Assembly: GCA_019828565.1 (NCBI GenBank) | Contig: JAHDYR010000014.1 | Coordinates: 248,001-312,000, forward strand | Direction of reading: 5' to 3' | DNA from: Carpediemonas membranifera BICM | Lineage: Eukaryota > Protista > Fornicata | Length of the DNA stretch: 64,000 bases | Part shown: piece after piece, positions 41,401 to 52,241 of the stretch | Layout: the number at the start of each line of letters is the position of its first letter | Numbering within the stretch: position 1 is the first letter of the stretch | The notes under the pieces: model-generated | Seen by the model: only the letters and a program-made list of their open reading frames with translations | What the model was told of the DNA's origin: nothing | The model's database searches: none | Position numbers and translations under genes: made by a program

Positions 41401-44196
41401 GACCTCCAGAAGCTCATGAAAGAAGCTGGTCAGATGTGCGCCATGGTACACAGGTTCTGTGAGGGTCTATCGTGGAACCTTCTAGGCAGCCTCGTCCACG
41501 CCGTTGCACCCAGACTGGAGTTCGGCGTCCAGGTCGCCCTCATCGACCTTGTTAATATCCCCGGCATCCGCAGGGATGAGGCTAGGGCGCTCTACCGTTG
41601 CGGCATCAGCGCTGTCCCAGACGTCATTGCTGCTGGTCGGGACCGAGTTTATCAGGCCCTTGGTAGAGGGCTGCCCTTCACTGCAGACCGCGGGGTCAAC
41701 CAGAGGATTTACGAGAGGTCCGCCGAGCTCCTTGCCGCAGCCATGACACTCAGCGGGGAGTCTGTCGTTGAGCAACCCGATGGAAGTTACCTGCTCCTGA
41801 ACAGCGACATGCAGGCGGCGGGGGTCAACGTCGAGCAGCCCGCCCCGGCCCGCAAGGAGATCCTGCCGTATCAGATCATGAACCGGGCTAATCTTCCCAG
41901 TCCCGATGACAGACTGGCTCTCGTCCGGCTTGCCCTGACGAACGGGGCGTCTTACCAGGCTGAGGAGAGCGAGTCTCCCCGCGAGGATGACAACCCCCTT
42001 CTCCGGGCTGCCCTGGACGACGAGAGTGCCCAGCCCCCGCCCCGAGGCCACTCGGCCATCAGACCTCTGGTAGGCCCGCAGTTTACGGTGCCGCTGTTCC
42101 CGCCGCCGCCCGTGGGGATCAGCCTGCAGAGCCTGGAGTACCCGCCCCCCGCACCGCCCACTATGTTTGGCCAGAGAACTCGACTCTCCGTGCTCCGACT
42201 GTCTGCGGGCGACGAGATGTTCTCCACCCATCTCACGGCCGTCGTGGACCGCATGCTCGCCATCCCGCCCGGCGACACCGTCGGAATCGTCGCCCACGCC
42301 GACCCCGAGACCGAGACCCTGCAGTCTCTCGTTCTTTGTGGCATCCCAGGCGACGTCGTCGTTGTCACTGCGCCCTTCCCCAACCCGGCCCTCGCGGACA
42401 TCCTCAGGCCCCTGTTGTCCTCAACTCGTGTCCGGAAGTCGCTATTTCTCACGGCGGCTAGCCTGCCCATCCTTCTGGATGCCGGGCTGGCCCTCGCCCC
42501 GCCCATGGTCGACCCTGCGGCTGCGGCATGGATGCTGGACGTGAACATAATCCACAGAGACAGTGAGATGAAGCGGACCATCAAGAACCCCACCGAGATG
42601 TCCTGGCAAAAGGTCCACGCCATCTACACCAACGTCGACGGCAGCGTGTGGTCCGGCAACATGCCAGTCAGCCCTCCTGTCGAGCCAGCCGTCGGCAAGG
42701 CACTTAGCCAAGCAGTGCTGGAGGCGCACTGGTGTCTTTCATTCGGCTCGTTCCTCTGCTCACAGCTCGACGCTGCCGGTCTCCTGGACGTCCATGACCG
42801 CGTGTTCGTGCCATTCGCCCTATCCACTGGCCGTATGAGGTGGCGGGGCGTCATGGTAAACTGCTCTCTCGGGAAGCAGCTTACGGCCGCCATGCAACAG
42901 ATCCGAGCTTGGAATAACGAGGCCATCGTCCAGAAGGTTGTTACTGAGACCAGCATTACCGCCGCGGGGTTCAATATCAACAGCGTGGACTGTCTCAGGA
43001 AGCTGCTCTACACTGCCGACGGCTACGGGTTCAAGGCGCTAAAGTTCGGTAGACCAACGAAGTCCGGCGTACGAAATCCGTCCACAGATAAGGCGGCACT
43101 CAAGATGCTTCTGGCCGGCCCCGAGGGTGCCCAGGTGCAGCAATGCGGCATCGTCGCCATGATCTTGCGGGACCGCAATCTAAAGAAGATCATGGAGATG
43201 GTCAACTCGCCACTAGCGCTAGCTGGCGGCAATGCCACGATGGCCCGGCTCCGATCTGACATCAGCCTATGCCGCACATACACTGGCAGACTTGCGTTCG
43301 ACCAGCCCAACTTCCAGAACTTCGCCAACCCGAAGACGGTGACTCTACCGCAGTCGCTGTACAAGAGACTAGCGGCGGAGTTCTCCACACTACCTGCTGC
43401 CACCCCTGCCAGTGACGGAATGGTAGAGCTCCCGCTGCTGCACAGGTCTCTGGTCTGCGCTGGCGAGGGCAACGTCCTGCTCTCGATCGACTACAACCAG
43501 CTGGAGTTCAGACTCCTCGCCCATTTAGCGGACGACATGCGACTCAAGAAGCTGCTGACCAAGGCCGACCCGTTTGTACTGTTTGCGGCAGACCTCTACC
43601 ACAAGGACGCCGCCGACGTCACCCCTGAGGAGCGGGGCAGGGCCAAGCAGTGCGTCTACGCCATCATGTACGGCCAGGGCCTGACATCAATGTCCCGTAG
43701 CCTCGGGATCGACAGAAAGGAGGCGGGGGCCCTCCTCATGAACCTGTTTGGCGCCTACCCCGGCCTCAAGCTGTTCAGGGAGAAGGTGTGCCGCTTTATG
43801 GTGTACCACGGCGATGTGTTCACACTATTAGGCCGCACTCGCGACTTTAACGACGCCGTGTTCCGCGGTTCTCATGACTCTAATGACTCCAATGCAGTCA
43901 TGGCCGCGATCAGGGAGGCTATCAACACAGTAGTGCAGGGATCAGCCGCAGACATTCTCATGGCAGCCACAACGAGGGCTGAAGCCCAGCTGGAGAAGGC
44001 TGGGCTCGGTCAGCATTGCTTCCTCGTGCTGAATATGCACGATGAACTCATCTGGGAGGTCGCCGAGGGCAAGGCGAACCAGGCTGCCGCGGTGATCATG
44101 GACGCCATGACCCACGCTGTCATGCTGACCGTGCCGCTGACCGTGAAGTGCAGGGTTGGACCAAGGTGGAGTGAGATGCAGCCACTGGAGCTGTGA
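38425..44196 (+). CDS. POLQ: DNA polymerase theta (SF2 helicase + family A polymerase)
   Basis: APTSAGKT, DEVH, MSAT, TPTLASGVNLP, QIAGRAGR; PolA motifs DYNQLEFR, KQCVYAIMYG, VQGSAAD, MHDEL. Confidence 0.93.
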   Translation: MANGAGLELKRPPKMLHDNGGEILTPQAIHESVDLSLVAGDNDDETELDSDVFETSRARTRVETVLHSDAGEFATPHLNSGHSIQSLVGGRSTATAGTQPVQPQDDGEATATAEDTETEEYVPGSEVSPAKTNARRPMIADDSETEVDATATATEVGTATDSDRTASSFSEHVPGTKEMLLNAAKTPEKPGAGKSPAVTPTHLLSSTGHVVPPDLVRVTQQAPMSVSAEFEAEHTAEMPADKRDLLLPLFDGDEVFYMAFLRCFKIDTIHPWQARAIKTLATDPTKNAVIIAPTSAGKTVVAAALLAQTVFAHRKQRAVWSTPLIAQAAEVTPLLTSLFAAAHMSVEGMYGSHKAANSDGSLYVQTFEKAASAINMLLQHHRANNISCVLVDEVHMIADPTRGATLELMMTKLRLLLPQTRIIAMSATFPNSHQLAEWLDANLIVAPPTVRPVTLRETVTMPARHLMRVMGTQLAAHGAKMSNRCLLERRGDELVPVGVAEKVDTTIIGKGPRDGGHHLSDAEARILRLPTNKRTYMSVSFCETMRLLQDVEGGTLVFCGSKAEAERMAVHCAMLTALELIKSGKRSQSDETTRQMLDAFSNLPFAPERQLVAVAPHHIAFHHAGLSEEERDIVVQGFRLGVIRVIFCTPTLASGVNLPSSTVIITRPMIAGMNLDATRYRQIAGRAGRFGLDATGRCHTIIPQDGWTLQQTKGLVCDLARPVLSSFVQPVPGQGQQLHLNRPVLEALLFCPNSVDSFLRHTFYFHTIQNDAHAGAWFEKVIATEITRLTRDSFVEGGEPSKLGAASVRAGFSPEMAIEMYKSLGHARKRCRLDDELFLLFHVAPTFNAAAVVQEYMMRPIHPMSFRGRLYTILSELPIERFNVIVCDILGPFLHDLIQTAPPASGIARIAKEHTPVGVLTWALGVPNEGVSDLVLDRSTWPLLHGLMRALHRLHAALLMTMLIDEIPLDVIVERMGYRVAELDGPLIPTRGDLQKLMKEAGQMCAMVHRFCEGLSWNLLGSLVHAVAPRLEFGVQVALIDLVNIPGIRRDEARALYRCGISAVPDVIAAGRDRVYQALGRGLPFTADRGVNQRIYERSAELLAAAMTLSGESVVEQPDGSYLLLNSDMQAAGVNVEQPAPARKEILPYQIMNRANLPSPDDRLALVRLALTNGASYQAEESESPREDDNPLLRAALDDESAQPPPRGHSAIRPLVGPQFTVPLFPPPPVGISLQSLEYPPPAPPTMFGQRTRLSVLRLSAGDEMFSTHLTAVVDRMLAIPPGDTVGIVAHADPETETLQSLVLCGIPGDVVVVTAPFPNPALADILRPLLSSTRVRKSLFLTAASLPILLDAGLALAPPMVDPAAAAWMLDVNIIHRDSEMKRTIKNPTEMSWQKVHAIYTNVDGSVWSGNMPVSPPVEPAVGKALSQAVLEAHWCLSFGSFLCSQLDAAGLLDVHDRVFVPFALSTGRMRWRGVMVNCSLGKQLTAAMQQIRAWNNEAIVQKVVTETSITAAGFNINSVDCLRKLLYTADGYGFKALKFGRPTKSGVRNPSTDKAALKMLLAGPEGAQVQQCGIVAMILRDRNLKKIMEMVNSPLALAGGNATMARLRSDISLCRTYTGRLAFDQPNFQNFANPKTVTLPQSLYKRLAAEFSTLPAATPASDGMVELPLLHRSLVCAGEGNVLLSIDYNQLEFRLLAHLADDMRLKKLLTKADPFVLFAADLYHKDAADVTPEERGRAKQCVYAIMYGQGLTSMSRSLGIDRKEAGALLMNLFGAYPGLKLFREKVCRFMVYHGDVFTLLGRTRDFNDAVFRGSHDSNDSNAVMAAIREAINTVVQGSAADILMAATTRAEAQLEKAGLGQHCFLVLNMHDELIWEVAEGKANQAAAVIMDAMTHAVMLTVPLTVKCRVGPRWSEMQPLEL

Positions 44197-44517
44197 CGGG
44201 TTGGTGGTGTTAAATTAAACTGCCACTGGGTTTGTCCACTGCTTGGCCGCTCCTAGCTTGATTGACTCATTTGTTTCCAAACTAACCGTGAGTGAGCTGA
44301 GACGGGTCTATCAGGCCTAGCATGTCTGGTTCAATGTGACTAATGCCTCTGATGACCTTGCATCTCCTGTCCAGGGTGGTCAATGCGTGTCAACGGCAGA
44401 TTGAGCACGTGTGAGAAAAAATGAGATAACGAACGGTACGTTGCCCAATTCCTTGCGACATCGGGATTTGCTTCCTGTTATGGCGCCCGGAGAAGCCATT
44501 CCTATTTTACTCAGCGT

Positions 44518-45236
44518 ATGAAGCTTGTTTTCGCTCTTCTTCTCATCGGCTTCGTGCTTGCCGACTACGATTTCGATTACCTGATCCTTGATCTGTTCAT
44601 GGCTGGTGCCCAGCCTGTGAGCGACGGCCGCTGCCACCTCCCCGATGGTGTTAGCGAGGTATCCATCCACGGCCTCTGGCCCACTGACTGGGAGTCCTAC
44701 GGCCCCAACAACTGCCCCGGCGATGCCTGGGACGCCAGCAAGCTCTCAGGCCTCAAGTCTGACCTGACCAAGTACTGGCCGACCTACATGTCCAACAGCG
44801 ACGACACCTTCCACCAGCACGAGTGGGAGAAGCACGGCACCTGCGCCGCTTACGCTAAGGTTGGCAACGGCGCCGTCCACGACGAGCTCTCCTACTTCAC
44901 CACCGTCCTCGGCCTGCTCCACAAGCTCCAGATCACCAAGGCCCTCGCTGACCACAACATCACCCCCTCCATCCACACCACGTACGAGTACTCCGACATC
45001 GTCAACGCCCTCCACTACGGCACCGGCAAGCTCGTCTCCGTGACCTGCCTCGGCCCCCACAACGGCCCCAAGTACTTCAGTCTGTCCACTCCACTTTGAC
45101 TCACACAGCTCAGGCCACCGCCTGCTATGACAAGACCCTCACCCAGATCGACTGCCCCCTCGACCTTGTTCACCGCAACGCCCAGGGCTGCAAGGCTGAC
45201 GAGTTCAAGATCACTTACTACCCCCTCAGCGCTTAA
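44518..45236 (+). CDS. Secreted ribonuclease T2 (2 exons: 44518-45079, 45109-45236)
   Basis: Signal peptide; CAS I IHGLWP and CAS II FHQHEWEKHGTC; the spliced tail ACYDK...IDCP restores the Cys-rich C-terminus. Confidence 0.92.
45080..45108 (+). other. 29-nt spliceosomal intron
   Basis: GTCTGT...TGACTCACACAG; 3' end nearly identical to the TTLL intron. Confidence 0.85.
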
Positions 45237-46453
45237 ACCTGCGAATAAACAGCCTGAACAGTGATATTCGATTGGGCGGTGGATGATTGGTTGCCTCAGC
45301 CTGACGGTGAGGAGAGTGGAGAGGTATGACTTGTGATGTACTAGGACCGTGAATTTACGAAAATCCCCCAAGAGATGGACACGATGGACAAGGGTCAAGG
45401 AAGATTAGATAAGCTGAATGGACATAAAACACACACAGCCTGGCGGTGACATTGGAGCATCGATTCTGTGCCGCGCAGGATTAAAATTATTGAGTCCAAA
45501 ACACACAGTGATCCAAGCAGCATCAGGATCGCAGTGTGGTTCATCATACTCTATCAATCGTGCGCAGCATATCACGCGCGCTGCAGCGCGTGCTTGCTCA
45601 ACTTTGCATCTCGGTGAGAGAGATTGAGAAGTATGTCTCTCTGCTCGGGATGCCGACGTAGCCGTTCAACGCGCCATGGAGCTCCCTCGCACGCGGGATT
45701 CTGGCAGAGCATGGTGCGGTGTGTGTGCACCACACGTCTGAAGTGTGCTTTGCAGTGTGGGCACACGATGGAAGTGCGGAATTCGGAGACCATCGTGACA
45801 CTCACGACGACGTTGTGCCGGAGCATGATGCCAGGAAGTGCTCGAGCAAAGTGGCGGTACGGAGCACAGGAGGGAGTGCCGGCGGAACCGAACAGTGCAG
45901 CCCCATACGCGACTTCGAGGTGAATGGGCTCCGGGGGGCGCCCGCCGAGATCATCCAGGAGTTGACGTCCAGCCCGGGCGAAGTGCTTCAGGCGCAGACA
46001 GTGATTGGCAAAAGTCGCACGGCGGAAACACTTTCTCGTCCCCTCGTTGATGATCTGAACGATGTTCTCATGGACAAACCTAATCGACTGTTTGAGAGCC
46101 TCTAGACTTGTCGTTTTGAACGATGCTACGCTCATATTCACGCGGAAAGAGGGGGTGGCAGTGTAGCCACACTTAGCGAGTACGCCAGATACACTCTGCC
46201 TGTCTGGGCGGATCGTGTAGCCGCCCAGCGACCGAGCACCAGGGTCGAAGCCCATGCGAGCTTGAATGTCCGGGGCAGGAGTAGCCTCGGCGTCATCCTG
46301 ACCGAGCCGAGCCCGCTTGTTGCTGCTACCCTTTTTGTACGTGGGCCGGTCAGCCACCCGACCGCCACGGTATTTCTCGCGACCCACCCAAACCGTCACA
46401 GCAACAGAGACCCCGTCTGTCTTCACAGAGAGCACTCTGCGGAGCTTGGTGAT

Positions 46454-46540
46454 TTTGGCGTATAAAGCGCTGTGGATGGTACTTCATTTAGATTAAATAC
46501 ACACACTAAATACACATCAACTGATTACGAAATCACAACA
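46454..46540 (-). repeat. 3' LTR of element A (87 bp)
   Basis: Identical to 50887-50973; preceded on the minus strand by the purine tract GGAGAAGACGGAGG (PPT). Confidence 0.95.
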
Positions 46541-49500
46541 CCTCCGTCTTCTCCAAAGAGCTTGCCGCGCAACTTGTGTGCGTCGATATACGACTCAACT
46601 TGTTCGTTTCCTCTCACATCCTCATCATAGCACTGATAAGTATCTTCTTCAGGCTCGTAACCGCTCCAGCGTAGTCTGAAAACGATGTTCCCGTCCTCAT
46701 CGGTCGAATGGCTCACTACTGATTCGACAACGTATAATTCATCATCATCATCAAACTTGGCGAGCTCAGATATCTCCTCCTCAGTTAAGAAGGATCGATG
46801 GAACCTCCTCAGACGGTGTACATGTGACACCAGCTCCGCCCTCCCTGAAAAGGCCTGTAAGGCGTATTGGTTGTTCGGAAGCGAGTCTTTCACCATGAAT
46901 GGGCCTCGGTAATTCGGGAGCGTCTTGCTACGCGGACCCTTAGGTGGGGCCAGCAGGACATAGTCGCCAGGCTTGAAGACATCAGGCTCTACTGAGGGGT
47001 AGTCCAAGGCAGAGGACTGGGTGGCTCTGGCGAGGTCGTGGATCTCCCTCAATCTGCTCAGCAACCCGGAGGTATAAGACGAGGTGGACTCGTAAGAGTC
47101 AAGGTTAGGGGTCAACGTCCTCGGTAACAGGCTGTTGGATGGGGAAAGGACATCGCCATAGAGCATGGCGTAGGGCGTGGTGTTAATGATCCTGTGCTTG
47201 GCGTTGTTCATGACAAACTGGACCAGAGGTAGACAGGAACTCCAGTCGCTCCAACGTCTTCCAAGGGAAGGCAAGAGGGTCTTCAGATGACGCCTAACCT
47301 CGCGATTGGCCCTTTCAGCTATACCGTTCTGCTGGGAGACGTAAGGGAAAATGGTGGTGTGTTCGATATGCAGAGACCGGTTCAACGCAGCAATGGTGTC
47401 GTTGACGAACTGGGAGCCGTTGTCGGAGTGCAAAAAGTGGGGCAAACCGTGACGTGAGTACACTCTTTCCACCAAGGCCTCGGCAGCGCTGAGAGCGCCA
47501 AGGTCACTCAGTGGGACCAGCTCGACCCATCTTGTGAAGTTGTCAATAATTGTCAGCACATATTTGGATCCAGACGACTCGTCTACTGGCAGGGGACCAA
47601 TGGCATCGATAGACACCGTGTGAAAAGGGGTGTCGGTGACAAGGTGGCCAAGTTGCGTCTTGACAGTCTTCTGGAGACGGAATTTCTGACAGATGCCACA
47701 GCTGGAAATGAAGGTAGCCGCATCCGAAGACATGTTCTCCCACTCGTGGCCTAGGTCTTTGAGGGTCTGAACAGTGGCGGCTACTCCCTTGTGACCGCTA
47801 AGAGCGTTGCCGTGGACCTTGCGGAATAGATCAACCTTCTCCTCTTGAGATAGAACGGGGAGGCGAGACTGGACAGCGTTACAGAAGGAAGTTTTCGGTT
47901 GGAACATCCTAGACAGAGTGTCAGCAAGGACATTAGTCTCTCCGGGGATGTAAGCGATCTCGAACATGTACTCTCCTAGTCTGTTCTTCCATCTGTTGAC
48001 CTTCTCCGACTTGCTAGCAGTCAAGAAGGTGAGGTTCTTATGGTCAACCTCAGCAACAAAGGAAGTTCCTCTGAGGAAACTGTCGAACTTCAAGACGGCT
48101 TCGTAGAGGGCAGCAGCCTCCTTCTCAGTTATAGACCAGCTCAACTGCGAGCCGGAGAGGGCACGAGAGAAGAAAGAAATGAAGCGGGTCTCGCCATCAA
48201 TGACTTGGTACAAAACGGCGCCGAGTCCATAGCCCGAAGCATCGGTCTGGAGTCTAAGGGGATGGTTATAGTCAGGATGATGAAGCATGTCCGCATTCCG
48301 GAGAATCTCTTTCAGATCGGACAGAGCTTCGCGGGCTGAGTCGTCCAGAGAGAAGGGAACGGGGGTCTCCTTGAGTAGGCGCAAGAGAGGATGGGCGACC
48401 TCAGTATATCGGGGAACGAATTGACGACAATAGTTGAATATGCCGAGGATCGCGCGCAACTCAGAGAGAGATCTAGGCTCCTGCAGGTTGTCGATATCCA
48501 GCAATCTGTCCGGGTCGATAGTCATGCCACTCTCGTTCACGATGAAACCCAAGAAACGAGCCGAGTCAGTGCCGAACTTGCACTTGTTTCCGGACAAACG
48601 GAGATGGTGAGAGACGAGGCGGTCCAAGACAGCCTCCAAGTTCTCGAGGAATTCCTCGGCATTCCGGCCGACTACCAGTAGGTCATCAACGTAGATGATC
48701 AAGCGTCGCTCTCTCACGATGTCGTCAAAGATCTCCAACATCACCTTCTGGAAATGGCCGGGGGCGTTCATTAGGCCAAATGGGATCCGCTTGAACTGGA
48801 ATTGCCCGCTGTGGCAGACGAAGGAAGTCAGGTAGCGAGAGTCTTCGTGCAGCTCGAACTGGTGGTACCCGGAACGGAGGTCTAATGAGGCAAAGTACTT
48901 CATACCGGCAGCCTGTCTTAGCAAGGTATCGCAGCCTTGGAGAGGCACGGGTTCCGGCACCGTCACGGCGTTGACTTGAACATAATCCAAGACCATTCTC
49001 TCCTTATCCTTCTGGTGAACATAGAAAGAGGCGAGGCCCAGGGGGACGAGCTGCGCTCGATAATGTCGCGAGCGAGAAGGTCGTCGATGATGTCGTCGGT
49101 CATCTCTCTCAGAGGCTTGGACATGTTGTAGGGCTTCGCGGCAACCGGTTCGGCACCTTCCCGCAGCCTCACTATCATGGGCCTGGCCTTGGCTGGGAGG
49201 GAGTCTGGCTTCTCAAACAACTCTCGATACCGATTCAAAAGGGAACAGACACGCTGCTTTATAGCAGGAATCGTGTCCGCAGTAGCAGTCTCGATTAATG
49301 AGTCGACAGAAGAAGGAATGTCTGCAAGGGGATCGTGTGAAGCGTCAGAGGTTTCGGGACGACCAAGTGTAACCGCGTCGGGGTTGAGGAGCCCCAAGTG
49401 AGACGAGATCTCCTCAGAGAGGATGAGAGGGACATTCAAGTCCGGCATCACATGCACCACACATGTCTCGGAGATAGCGGAAGGAACGCAGCCGGGTCTC

Positions 49501-50870
49501 TTGTGCGTTATCAGTAACTTCGCATCGAAGAGGGCCATCGTCTCGGAGTTGTTGGCGGAGATCATGATGTGTCCCGAGGGACGAGTTGCCGGGAATAGGT
49601 CCTTAGTCATATCAGACCACTCACGCAGACGTAGGTAAGAAGCCTCACTGCACTGATCAGCAAGGGCGGGGAGGTGGGTCTCGTGACCATCGATCGTTAT
49701 GACAACGTTGGCGGGCTGGCTATGAGTACCGATGGCGTTCGAATGGCCGCGCTCCGGAGGGTTCGGGTTCAGATAACACTTGTCAGTCGAGTGCTTACCC
49801 CACTTCTTGTGGAATGGACACCACACGAAGCCCTCGCCGGGACTGACCGACTTGTCAGTGAGATCAGCGATGACAGTGGACGAACCCTTAGCAGAGGTTT
49901 GACCAGTGGGTGCGACAACCTGAGTCTGGGCCGAGGAGGGACCAGTTTGATGAACCTCGGGCTTGGGCTTGACCGTGGGAACGAAGGGTTCAGGCTTCTT
50001 GGCAGAGGAACTGTCAGGCTTGACAGTCGACGATGTCTCAAACTCAATGAGTCGAGCGCGAGTATCCACAAGGACGCGAGCATCTTCGAGTCGTTCCTCG
50101 TTGGCGACCATGTCTGCCAGGATTTCATCGAAAGCAGACTTGCCTAAACGGGCAATCCGGGACCAATGGGCTTGTAGGGTCTTCGGCAAGGTGGCCTTGA
50201 TAACAGAGGAGAGAGCCTTCTCGGAGTAGGAGTCTCGCATGCCTAGGATGCGGACGATGAGTGATACACGGTGCGCAAACTTCGCAAGGGCGATCGAGTT
50301 GGCGGTTGCTGAAGGCTTAGCGGCTTCCAAGAACTTGGAGAGCCAAGCCTCGACGATGAGATTGTCGTCGGGCAACACGGCCTGAGAGATAAGGGAATTC
50401 AGAGCTTCGTTCAGACTGTCCCGAGCTTGGGTGTAAGTGACCTCACTCTCCGGAGTGACGTAAGCCTCTTTGCCCTGGGCGAGCTTAAGGACGGCAGAGA
50501 CCCTGGTGAATTGAGGCAGTAGGGAGATGGTCCCCAAATGAGGGAGCAACGAAGCGGCGATCGAAGCAACATTGGGATGCTTGATAAGGTGTGCGTCATA
50601 GTCGAGGATCAAGCGGAACCACCCTTCCTTCGAGGAGGGGAGAGCGCAATGGAAAATCTGGCGTTCGATCGATCCCGGCTTGAAGTCGCAGGGGAAGAGC
50701 TTAAAGATAGTCTCGAAAGACTCAAGGCATGAAGAATCAAGCGTGGAATCCGAATCAGGGACATCATGGGCACGAACATCGGGCTTCTTCGCGAGAGAAC
50801 TCACGAGAGTGACCAGATTACCTATAGTCTCTTCTAGTGCCGCTATACGAGCGTCATAATCGGACTGCAT
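46525..50870 (-). CDS. Element A Gag-Pol polyprotein with an apparent 1-nt deletion near 49030 (inside RT)
   Basis: CPFHxxxxxHxxxxC knuckle, protease-like LADQCS, SPWASP|SFYV..RMVLDY, DLRSGYHQ, PFGL, YVDD, TDAS, integrase SDNG/ERANR, chromodomain YVVES..RWSGY. Confidence 0.9.
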
Positions 50871-50886
50871 AGCTCAAATTGATCAA

Positions 50887-50973
50887 TTTGGCGTATAAAG
50901 CGCTGTGGATGGTACTTCATTTAGATTAAATACACACACTAAATACACATCAACTGATTACGAAATCACAACA
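50887..50973 (-). repeat. 5' LTR of element A (87 bp)
   Basis: Identical copy of 46454-46540; begins TG on the minus strand. Confidence 0.95.
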
Positions 50974-51454
50974 GTGATGTCGCCGTGATCACGCTCGTAT
51001 TCAGCCACCTGCTCGTCGGTCAAATTCGTGGTTGCTGACCAATTCACGTGCACACGCAGGCGCCTCTTCATCGCTGGGGTGAGCGACATATAACCGTACT
51101 CGATGGTCATGAACCCAGGCTTGACCGGTGCCATCGGCACGAACGGGACGAGCTTCGGCTCTGGCAGGGCCTGACTGAGCTCGAGGTTCACGGCACGAGT
51201 GAGTGTGACCAGCTTGGTCACTGCAGCACTCATGCGCGTGACGCACGACAGCACGCCGACGAGGGCCTCGGCCACGGTACCAGTGCGACCCACCCGTTGC
51301 TTACAGTACTCGCCCAACCAGCTCTAAAATGGCGCTGCAATTCCAACGTAGGCTTCCTTGAAGTCCCGGACGAGTGGGGTTATGTCAGGGTCCCTCCACA
51401 TCGCCAGGTCGCCAATCCACCTGCACCGATCCGCTGCCTTTGCCTTCGACACCT

Positions 51455-51538
51455 TGTGGTTTGGAAGAGAAAGAGTTTACGAGTAAAAAGAGGTTTGGAC
51501 CCTCCCAGGGATATTGGTAGATATTAATACTGACTACA
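51455..51538 (-). repeat. 3' LTR of element B (84 bp)
   Basis: Identical to 57405-57488. Confidence 0.95.
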
Positions 51539-52241
51539 CTTCCCCCCCATGGCCAAGCAGTCGCGCGGCCATCACCACAACCAACATCTGGTATTACGTG
51601 GGGCTAGAGCCACCAATCGAACTTGGGATTACGCTCGCTCATGCCGAACCACTATTGGAATTATCGACGGGATAACGACAACCAACTTCTGGGATTACGT
51701 CTTATTGCAACCTCCAGGTGAGGTATTATGCGTAGTAAGGTGTGACCGAAAGATTCGAGGATGATATCAAAAAGATTCGGAAAAGATCTATGCAGCGCTG
51801 CTAATTAAGATATGGGTTCAGGAGCTCCTGTATAAGTATAAAAAGGACGTACCACAGCCCCGCCCCCTCGCGGGCACTCTGGGGCTCGCGCTCGACTCGG
51901 GAATTCTGGCCCCGAGCATTTTTAGGCATTTCGCCATCGCTCATACAGAAAGTTCTGGTACGTTGGGCTGATCCGCCCCATTCTTACACAGTGCCCGAAA
52001 AAGGGGTTTTCGAGCCCCAATTCGGCTTCGTTGGCGAGTTCTGACTCTTTTTGTTCTGCGCTGTACCGAAAGTTAACCAACATCATAAGCACTGCTCCAC
52101 GGACGGTAGAAGTCTCGTGGACTGTGTTTGAGATATAAATATTGTGAATAGTCCGTCATGGGGATCACTATGGGCACTTCCATTCGTCATTTGGGAAAAG
52201 TGCAGGATATGTCGCTTTTTCCTGAGGAAAAGCGGCCAAAC

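Larger units (their letters stand above)
46454..50973 (-). mobile_element. Ty3/Gypsy chromodomain LTR retrotransposon A (4520 bp), 5-bp TSD GTGAT
   Basis: Identical 87-bp terminal direct repeats; GTGAT at 46449-46453 and 50974-50978; gag-PR-RT-RH-IN-chromo order. Confidence 0.95.

Noticed and set aside
48963-49040. Programmed gag-pol ribosomal frameshift in element A
   Set aside because: The break lies inside RT (SPWASP|SFYV), not at the gag/pol border, and there is no slippery heptamer; a 1-nt deletion or sequencing error is simpler
51324-51347. 24-nt in-frame intron (GTTGGA...TTTTAG) that would remove the Fanzor TAG
   Set aside because: Shorter than the 29-31 nt introns seen here, with an atypical donor and no branch motif; not excluded but unsupported
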